A stretch of DNA of 64,000 bases, taken from NCBI GenBank assembly GCA_951406725.2, contig OX597816.1:155806001-155870000 (forward strand). Direction: 5' to 3'. Position numbers and translations under genes: made by a program. The notes beneath the pieces are model-generated. The model was given only the letters and a program-made list of their open reading frames with translations. It ran no database searches and was not told where the DNA came from. Below, piece after piece: positions 53,040 through 64,000 of this stretch; position 1 is the first letter of the stretch; the number at the start of each line of letters is the position of its first letter. This DNA comes from Octopus vulgaris (lineage: Eukaryota).

Positions 53040-53590
53040 ACATTCATGAAAGCGTCTTAAATACTAGGATGTATATTGAAAGATTGGAAAATATATCATA
53101 CGAAGGTGATGTGACTAAAAATACTGTTACTCGAGATTATTTGACCAAATTTACAAAATATGGCAAGATAAGACAAAAAAATATGTGTAACGGTACAGGA
53201 GCCAGCTACTCTGCTGATAGGAATATCTCTTCGAAAATCGAAGAGAAAGACACTAACCAGGAGAAACTATCTGCAAAACTTTGCCTCCTATACTCTGATT
53301 CTAAATTCAGATTTATACCAATCAGTGCATTTAGTTTTGTGAGTCTATGCCCAAGTGACAAACCATGGTTTTTCAGAGAAAGAAATCAACCAACTAATTC
53401 GCACATTATGTACATGCCACGTGTAAGCGGAACAGTAAAAATCTGCAAGACTTCTTCTGACTTTCAAAATGCAAATTTGCTTTAGTTACCAATATTGTAA
53501 AGCTGGAGCTTTGTATCTTTGGTAGAAAACGAGATTCCTTTTTACATGAAGAATTTAAATTATCAAAAACTGGAGAGAAAATATATACGT
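53040..53590 (+). mobile_element. R4-like REL retrotransposon fragment, (TACA)n family
   Basis: KIEEKD..LLYSDSKFRFIPI..VSGTVKICKT plus the shared 3' UTR. Confidence 0.6.
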
Positions 53591-53822
53591 ACATGCATAG
53601 TACATACAAGCATACACACATACATGTATGTATATATATGCGTATATATGTGCGTGTGTGTATATATTAATGTAAATATACATTTATGCATACGCGCGCA
53701 CACACTAACACACATATTCTATTTTACAGAGTTCCCTTAAAAACATACACACATGAATATTTATTCCATGTATATATGTACATATATTTGTGCGTATATA
53801 TGTATATACATGTATGTATGTA

Positions 53823-53893
<71 letters not shown>

Positions 53894-54495
53894 TTATCTA
53901 TCTACATATAAGTATATATGTATGTACATATATGTGTGTGCGTGTGTATGTGTGTGTGTGAGTGTGTGTGTGTAATAGACAAGTAAACTTCATGTTCTAT
54001 AGCTTAAAGCAATGCAAACGTAGCTAATTAATTTATAATATACTAACAAGGGCTCCTTATTTTTTGATTTATTTCTATATACATTTTTGAAACTTTAAGC
54101 TGCCATGTAATATAAAAATTACTAAAATAAAAACGACAAATATCACGCAAAATCCCTACTGTTTGGAGCATAATTAATTAATTAATCAGTCACGATTACA
54201 GCACATATATTTTAATGTAACTTGGATGAATTTATCTATACCCAAAATTGCATTAAACACACATATACACGCGCGCGAGCGCGCATATGGCTATGAATAT
54301 GTGTGTGATTAATCACTAAATCCACAAGTTTTTTATTCTCTCTGTTTATTTTCTCTTATTCCCCTCTTTTGAAGAGCGTACGCTCGAAACGTAAAAGACT
54401 TTCTTACTTCCCCAAGCGTCAAGCTAATACATCTGCTTGTTGTTCATACACCTGTCTTCGTCTCTTGTATTTCTGTAAATTTCAACTATACACAC

Positions 54496-54543
<48 letters not shown>

Positions 54544-54552
54544 GTATATATA

Positions 54553-54673
54553 CTAGCTGACGTACCCGGTAATTCCCGGAAAAGAGGGGATTATCCCGTG
54601 GTTCCCGTCTCATAATTGTTTCGCTAATCCAATAACAAAAATCAAAGTATGTAGCCCTTAAAACGGTTTTTGC

Positions 54674-54717
<44 letters not shown>

Positions 54718-55066
54718 ATATATATCTATCTATCTACATGAATGCCAAACATGTATGTATATATGTATGTATTCATGCGTGAGCAGGGCGTGCTGTTCCT
54801 AGATATTTACAGAGAATGCCAAACTGTCTTAACAGGATCTTGTTTTTAGGAATTGCCAATAAATTATGAATACAGAAATTGTGAAGTCAGTTATATAGAT
54901 AGTAAGTAGAAATTAGTTAGTAGTAAATAAAGTAGCCCCGAAAAAGGCTTTAATGGTTTCCCAGAGTATATAGAACATAGGAGGAAATACTAATAAGGTA
55001 TGTATACTAAAATTGTGAAGCATGTTACTTAAGAACAGGCTAATCAGACATGATATATATCAGATA

Positions 55067-55069
<3 letters not shown>
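54553..55069 (-). mobile_element. Short non-autonomous Helitron
   Basis: Minus-strand 3' end CCGGGAATTACCGGGTACGTCAG-CTAG|T inserted in a (TA)n tract. The 5' boundary is approximate. Confidence 0.6.
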
Positions 55070-55113
<44 letters not shown>

Positions 55114-55369
55114 CATACACATATATATATGACTAAAACTACTTATCGATCCGTATCAAAGATTAGTAATTACTTATAAAGTTTGGCGTCGAGAGTTATA
55201 TCAGCTCCCGGGCAGGAAACCATTGCACCAACAGCTATCTAGCAATAGCACGCCCTGCCGACGCACGAGTACATACATACATACATACATACATACATAC
55301 ATACATACATACATACATACATACATACATACATAAATACATACATACATTTATACATACATACATACG

Positions 55370-55640
55370 TACTTGGTTCTGTGAGTAAATACGCAATTAA
55401 CTAGAGAAGCCCGAATTTTCTGCAAAAGAAGTCGATCAAGTAACTTGCAACGTTACAAATACAGTCTGTAAGTGGAACAATAAAAATATGCAAGACTTAT
55501 CTCAAGTTTAAAATGTTTCAATGATTTCGTTATCTATGTTTCAACGATGAAGCTTTGTGTCCTTGTTAGAAACCAGTTCCTTCTTCAGAGCAAGAGTTTA
55601 AATGACTGAGAATAGAACAGAACATACACACACATACACA
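55370..55640 (+). mobile_element. R4-like REL retrotransposon 3' end following (TACA)n
   Basis: LQIQSVSGTIKICKTYLKFK plus the shared 3' UTR. Begins directly after the (TACA)n array at 55270-55368. Confidence 0.7.
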
Positions 55641-56444
55641 CACATAAGTGTGCTCTTTTAAGTAGCTTACAATTAAAGTACAACTATTAATTCTATTAAA
55701 CACTATTCACATTTGTTCACTGTGCTTTATGTATAGCTTAAAACAATAACGGGTCTACGTAAGTCATTGATTCTAGATTCACTCGGTGTCACTTTCTGAC
55801 AAGAAATCTTTATAATGGCGTTGTTTTTATTGCTACATTTTCGTACTTGATAGCAATGAGCATGTGATCGATTTGACTGATAAGGTTATCACATATAATC
55901 TTTAGTGTGGCATGTTCAGTTGTTACATTAATATCATTTCCCGTCAACAATTACATCAACGTTCATTTATTATTATCTTCCATTTAAAATGTTTCTTATT
56001 TTATGTAACTTCAAACAAAATATGCAGTTTAATCGAGTATACCTGTTTAATCACTTATATCACTTAAGTACATCTTCATTTCTTCCGATGAATTTGCTTT
56101 GATCTTATTACAGTACTATACATACAAACATACACACACACACACACACATATATATATGTGTGTGTGTATGTGCAAATATATGTATGATAGAGCCGAAA
56201 ATGGAATATATGAGAAACTTTATTGTTTACAACGATCGTTTTGACCTATCTTGCACCGATCCCTTGTGAGTGGAATACTGTGCTACATATTTCAGTGCAG
56301 ACGTCTCGTCAGGTGAACTATACGGGGTTATCTTGTTAAATAACTCTGTTTCGCTTGGTTTTAATACATGTTGTTATTGACCATAGGTCTAAGTTGTTGG
56401 GCATATATATATATATGCACATACGCATACTCACACATTCACAT

Positions 56445-56504
<60 letters not shown>

Positions 56505-56544
56505 GTGCATAAATGCGTACGTTTAAATATACCTGTATGTATAC

Positions 56545-56599
<55 letters not shown>

Positions 56600-56717
56600 C
56601 GTGCGTGTGTGTGTGTGTGTGTAAATATATGAGTATGTGCGTGTATGTATATGCATGTGTGTGCGTGTGTGCATACATATTTTCATACGTACGCACACGC
56701 AGATAGACATCTACTTA

Positions 56718-58810
56718 CACAGAGGCCCAAATATTCTCTAATTTCACTGGTCCCACTCCTGAACTATATGGTCGTTATATTGACGACATTATCGGTGCCA
56801 CCTCACTCTCCCGCGAACATCTAGATTCCTTCCTCTCTTTCGTCCAATCTTTCCATCCAGCCCTCCACTTCACTTCCACTATCTCCAACACCTCTGTCTC
56901 CTTCCTCGACATTTCGGTTAGCATTCTTCACTCCACTCTTACCACCTCCATTCACTACAAACACACAGACTCACACTCATACCTCAACTTCTCTTCCTCC
57001 CACCCAGAACACACCAAGCTTTCCATCCCCTATTCCCAATTCCTCCGTCTACGTAGGCTCTGTAGTGACGACCATGACTTTGAGACTCAGTCTCAACGTA
57101 TGGCTCACCACTTCACCCTACGTGGATACCCCCTCACCACTATCCACACCGCCCTTGCCAGAGCACGGTCCGTGGACCGTGTATCTGCTCTCTCTCCCCG
57201 AACCCGCCCTGTAGTCTCCCGCCTCCCTTTTCCCCTCACTTACCACCCCACGACCCTACGTCTCCAACGCACCATTCTTCGAGCTTTCCGTCATCTCCAG
57301 TCCGACCCGTCCACTTCACACCTCTTCCCTAACCGACCCCTCCCCTCTTTCAAACGAGCCCACAACCTTCGAGACCTTTTGGTCCATAGCTCCTTCCCTG
57401 ACCCTACCTCCCAACCCGGCTCGTTCCCCTGCTCCCGCTCACGTTGCCGCACTTGCCCTTACCTCTCCAACACCACCCGCCTCACTAGCACCCACCATCG
57501 ACCCTATCCCATCATCCACTCCTTCACCTGCACCTCCAGCAATATTATCTATTGCATCTCTTGCTCTCTGCAATTCCTTGTACATCGGACAAACGGGACG
57601 CCGCTTGGCTGACCGGTTCGCGGAACACCTTCGTGACATCCACCTTGCGAACGACACACCGGTCTCACGCCATTTCCGCTCCACCGGTCACTCCTTGCAA
57701 CACCTATCTGTGTTCGGTTTGTCCTTACACAGAGGCCATCCGGATTCCCGTTTGCGCCGTGAACGGGAATTAATCTTCTCTCTTCGCTCTTATACGCCAT
57801 TTGGTCTCAACTCTCCCCCCTCCTCATCTAACCCCCTCTCCCCCCTCCTCACCTATCCTTTCTCCCCCCGACCCCTACTTCTTCAGTCCTTCATCCTTTC
57901 ACCCCTACTCCCCTTCCCTTCTTCCCTCTTTCTCCCTCCCTCTTCCCCTTCCCTCTGCTCCCTCACTCCCTCTCTCCCCTTCTCTCTCCCCTCTCCCTCT
58001 TTCCTCCTTCATCCCCCTCATCCCCTTCCTTCTCCCCATCCTCTCCCCCCCCCTTCTCCTCCCCCTCTTCTTCCCCTCCCCTTCTCTCCCACCTCTTCTC
58101 CCCCTCCCCCTCTTCTTCTCCTCACTACACCACATGACTTTACACATCACATCACATATGATGTGCCATACTAATACACACACCAACTAATACATACTAA
58201 TACGTACTAATACATACTAGTACATACTAATACTTACACCAACCCTATACATACACACGTCCAGACCCCGCATACGCACTTATACTCTCTCTCACACACA
58301 CACACACACCTATACATACCAATACGTACTAATACATACTAATACATACTAATACATACACCAACCCCATACATACGCACGTCCAGACCAATCTTACGCA
58401 CTAATACTCTCTCATACACACACACACACACACACACACCCTTATACATACTAATACATACACCAACCCTATACATACATACATCCAGACCCCTCCCACG
58501 CACTTTTAGCTGGTCCCTCAACCCATTTATCAACCCTATTATCTCCCCTTATTTCGCTCTCGCGTCTCATGTTTGATCTTTGACCTCTGGCCGAAATCAG
58601 ATCGCCATGTTGATTCGTTAGCTACTGCACGCATTTTTTTCTCTCCTTCTTTCCGTGTTTTTCTCTCTCTGTGTATCTTTCTGTTGAAGAGCGTAGGCTC
58701 GAAACGTTAAAGACTTGTTTTATTTATATTTCCTGAGCGCCATACTAATACAATTGTTCGTTTGTTTTCCACCTGCCTTCGTCTTTTGTTTATTTTCATA
58801 AAGCTTCCCG

Positions 58811-58812
<2 letters not shown>
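56718..58812 (+). mobile_element. Penelope-like element: RT C-terminal half + GIY-YIG endonuclease + 3' pLTR-like region
   Basis: YGRYIDDII, SFLDI, YLNFSSSHP..SIPYSQFLRLRRLCS, LTYHP, CxxxxCxTC, NIIYCISC..YIGQTGRRLADRFAEH and FGLN. One frameshift near 57570. Hammerhead-like motif at 58676-58713. Confidence 0.9.
58676..58713 (+). ncRNA. Minimal hammerhead-like motif in the Penelope pLTR (variant core)
   Basis: TCTTT-CTGTTGA-A-GAGC(GTAG)GCTC-GAAAC-GTT-AAAGA: helix I, helix II and palindromic AACGTT helix III. The core has CUGUUGA instead of CUGANGA. Confidence 0.5.
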
Positions 58813-58860
<48 letters not shown>

Positions 58861-58864
58861 GTAC

Positions 58865-58897
<33 letters not shown>

Positions 58898-58915
58898 TGT
58901 ATGTATGTATGTATG

Positions 58916-58946
<31 letters not shown>

Positions 58947-59142
58947 GTATGAATATACTTATATATCTATGTAACACATTCGTGCAGTAGTTATGCTTGT
59001 CGTATGTAACAAAACAAAAAACCAAATCGTAATGAAATACAAACTGAAAGGACGCTCAAAGCATTGTAAGGAGAATGTTAAATAAATTTTTACCATTACC
59101 TTGTATTTATGCCTGTAAGCCCTATATATGTATATATATATG

Positions 59143-59217
<75 letters not shown>

Positions 59218-59751
59218 ATATATATATGTGTGTGTGTGTGTGGGTATGTGTATGTATGTGTGTGTATGCTATCATACCGAATTTAGAAATAACCGTTAAG
59301 CTATGAAATCCATACTTCAAAGAACTTAATGCTTTTTACTTGTAGATTATTATCACTGGTATATTCAATGTATTCTTATAAACTGTGCTTTGTTTCAGCT
59401 ACCATAAAGCTTTTCCAGAGCAAGTTGAAAGTTATTTATAGATTTGTATTTCGTAAAGAACAATATACATTAACACTGACACGCGCGCACACACATATAC
59501 ACGCACACGCATATGTATGTATGCATATATACATACATGTGTAGATATATATGCGTGTTTGTTTACTATATGAACATGAGAGTCATATGCCTATATTATA
59601 GTGTCACACGCACACAGAATGAAAACGAACCGACGCATAGACTCACAACATACACACTCATGTAATATGATTTCATACCTAAATGAGCACTCGTAGGAAT
59701 TTGACGATCATCTACTGCATGTCATGTCAGTATTGAAAAACTGAAAAAAGA

Positions 59752-60108
<357 letters not shown>

Positions 60109-60259
60109 CACATATATATTATATATATGTGTCTTATATGTTTGGCTGAAGTGGCTCAAACTTCGAAGTCACTGTCAATACTATTCTTTACAAACACACA
60201 CACACACACACACACGCATGTACACACACACGCATGTACACACACACGCATGTACACAC

Positions 60260-60320
<61 letters not shown>

Positions 60321-60438
60321 AATAGCAAGTTTTATAATTTGTAGAAAGAGACCCGGTGGGATCTTTGACAACAGGGTGCTGCCCTCTCTCACCGAATTAA
60401 TCAGAGAAAGTAAGAACGGGAGGTTTGAGACGTAACAT

Positions 60439-60472
<34 letters not shown>

Positions 60473-60501
60473 TGATGATGTTGATGATGATGATGATAAT
60501 G

Positions 60502-60568
<67 letters not shown>

Positions 60569-60574
60569 CAACAA

Positions 60575-61040
<466 letters not shown>

Positions 61041-61043
61041 TTC

Positions 61044-61079
<36 letters not shown>

Positions 61080-61239
61080 GCCTCGATGCAATATATAGTA
61101 GTGGCTTTCATGACTTCTGATCTTAATTGATTGGAAGCGTTATCGTGTACATTGTTTCATCTAGTATAAAAGATGGGCTACAGCAACTATTCTGCTCAAT
61201 ACCACAGATTTGCTTGTCAGTCGTTTGACCTTAATCAGG

Positions 61240-61337
61240 TGAGCGTGTCCCTTAGAGGCTGAGCATGTCCCTTAGTAGTTGGGCATGTCCCTTAGTGGCT
61301 GAGCACGTCTATTAGTTGCTGAGCATGTCCCTTAGGG
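61240..61337. repeat. 20-bp tandem repeat, about 5 copies (gagcatgtcccttagtggct)
   Basis: Directly visible expansion of a motif that occurs once in the 45.3-kb copy of family D. Confidence 0.85.
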
Positions 61338-61743
61338 GCATTTGAGATGGCTCATCTCATCCTATGATGGAATTAAGCTACAGACATTATTATGGACCAC
61401 CGATACCCCGAGAAACAGTAGTTGGATTTGTAATTCTTGCCCTTTACTCCTTTAGTTCTCTATATCTTTTGTACTCAGTGTAAGTTGGACCTTTTTAGAT
61501 GTATACATATATACATTTTTTGTATTTCATATATTTGATATACTTTATATATTGATCTTTATAATTTACTTATACCAAAATTTACTTGCTGAAACTGTAA
61601 GGATAATCTGAAAACTTGACTGAGGAGAGAAGGTCATGAATGGTCCGTCCTTGTTTTATTCTGTCCGACTTCGTATCGTCTATATATCCGAATGTTTCAT
61701 TGTCGTCTGTTGCGTTCTTGTTCCATTTTTTTGGGTATATATG

Positions 61744-61782
<39 letters not shown>

Positions 61783-61786
61783 CAAA

Positions 61787-61857
<71 letters not shown>

Positions 61858-62148
61858 TAGTGTAGTATAATTTAAAAGATGGTTGAGATAGAGCTAATAT
61901 ATCTATATATCATGCCCAATTAATTTTCAGAATGATTCTAGAATTAATAGGCCAAGCGTATATCGTTTAAATAATATATTTGACGCGTGGAGACTAAATC
62001 TTTTGAAATGTTTGTTTTTGAAGATAAAAAAAGCGTAGAAATGAAAAGAATCTTTTTTAAAAGATTAATTTTATCGAAACCGCTGTCAATCATTTTTATG
62101 AATCATAGGAGCACTTTTTAAAACATAATCCTCAAATTATCTTAGAAA

Positions 62149-62238
<90 letters not shown>

Positions 62239-62558
62239 ACAAACACGCACGCACATGTACACACACTCTCACAAGCTCGCGTACAATTACTCTCGAGCAC
62301 AAGCCGTCTCACATACACATGTAATGGTCATAACTATATACTTTGTGGTGCTGTTACATAGTTGGTCTGGTACACATATTTCAATGTGTTGAACACATGA
62401 TATCGAACGATATAAAAGCAATATGAAGAAGAGCTGTGTACTTTGCTTGTGGCTGCACAGATCAATGAAAAGCCAGTAGAATGAAATGGCAATTGATCGG
62501 TTTACTGATTGTCATATCTTCTATTTGTGTTATAAGCACAAATTTGAGTTTGTGCACA

Positions 62559-62592
<34 letters not shown>

Positions 62593-64000
62593 TGCACACA
62601 TGCACACATTCAACACATACACATCCTTCCCTCCTTACGCTCACTCCACACACAGTTGCTCGTAAAGAGACGAAGCAATGTGAAAACTTAAAAAAGACCT
62701 TACAGAATTTAGACCAGGTAAATAGGTAAACACTAATAAAATAATCAACGTTTCGAACCTAGAACCGTATGTCGTGTTTCATTCGATTTGTTTCTGTCGG
62801 TATTTCCGTTAAATTACGTAAGTAATATATTTCCATGTCTAAATATATTAACAATTTATTAAGTATGAGAAAACAAGTTGGTGATGTATTGTGATAGAAG
62901 AGAGGCGTCTTCTACTGATCTACGTATCTTACTAATTGGCAATTATAAAAAGAAGCAAAACGTCACCCTTTGAAAATGAGGCACGATCTTCAGAGAACAG
63001 GACAAAGAACTTTCTGTCTTTATATTCATAATTTTTCTTCTAATCGTTATGCTGAAATTTTTAAATGCATTAGCTTTCGGCATTATGGGTTTAAGAGTTC
63101 CAGTTGCAGCTGTTACATCAATTTCCTTCATTCATTATTGGAATAGAGAGAACAGAATTGAAGATTTTAAATTAGAAATTGTGACTTTTACTTCTATCAC
63201 AGGATGAGTCTGCAAGGAACATTTTGACGTCGTAGAGATATTATTAACAATCATATCTGTGGGTAATTCTGTGTACCTGATTGACTAACATCGTCCCTCA
63301 CAAAGAAGATGAATGCAGAACTACATGCGAACCAAAACCACTTTTACATCACCACTCACTGGAATGAAATCAACCGAGGAGGAGTCGGCTGCTGAGAGTT
63401 AAATGTATCAACATCGATATCACAATACAAAGCGTTCTTAGTCAGGTTTGTTATTCGATATTCTCTTGACTCAGACATGGCTTTCTTTAGATATTATAAT
63501 ACTTGTTAAAAACAAATTTTATAGAAGCAGATGAATGAAATACGGGTCTCATTTTGAATAGGTATAAAGGTACTCTATGCTAAGCGATGTAGAGGGATAC
63601 CGCATAGTTTATTCCATTACTTTGGCTATTTTAGATGTAAATTACATCAACTAAGAACTTAGTGTGTCACGATATTGACTTACCAGATTAGTATGATATA
63701 GTGTAGTTGCTGTTTGGCACTAGAGTAGCTCTGACTGATCAAAAGTGTTCTAGCACAACCGTCTTGTCTTTTATTCAATCATAATCTTTCTAGAACCACA
63801 TTAGAAAGTATATTCTTTTAAGATGATGGCATATGAAGGAGATTTGGTTAGTATTTCTAGCAGTTTGAGTAACTCTGTAAATGCTCTCCCATTGTAGTAT
63901 CACTAGAACTGTATTATGTCTGTGTCTAAGGTACATCCTGTTTATCTAGTTGCAAAAGAGCAGCCATCTGTACAATAACAGTCAAAACCTGACATTAGTT

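Noticed and set aside
57578-58174. Proline-rich 198-aa protein
   Set aside because: The N-terminal part is the Penelope GIY-YIG frame. The rest is read-through into a C/T low-complexity tract.
62943-63480. Candidate upstream mGluR exon on the minus strand
   Set aside because: The frames I read show no class C GPCR motifs and contain stops.

Overview
AT-rich, microsatellite-saturated animal genomic DNA. The repeat repertoire looks like an octopus (coleoid cephalopod) genome; this is an inference. Two host genes lie tail-to-tail. (1) On + is a complete 4-coding-exon ER peptidyl-prolyl isomerase of the FKBP14/FKBP7 type (213 aa: signal peptide, FKBP domain, two EF-hands, C-terminal HVEL; CDS 2102-17539). 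(2) On - is the last coding exon (TM7 plus C-tail) of a class C GPCR, a metabotropic glutamate receptor-like gene (44849-45190); its upstream exons were not found in the window. The rest is mobile DNA: two abundant tRNA-headed SINE families, an RTE LINE, R4/Dong-like REL retrotransposon fragments in (TAA)n and (TACA)n microsatellites, Penelope-like elements, Helitrons/HINE, Tc1/mariner elements and a MITE. There is a 100-N assembly gap. The most notable unexplained signals are: about ten dispersed minimal type I hammerhead-ribozyme-like motifs with palindromic helix III, one fused to a tRNA-like Pol III head; a perfect 114-bp palindrome; a Helitron with a ~165-bp internal satellite that splits a SINE; inverted SINEs bracketing FKBP exon 3; a CpG-decay boundary near 43.7 kb; and a possible ~17.5-kb mGluR 3' UTR. 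Almost all ORFs in the supplied track are microsatellite artefacts.
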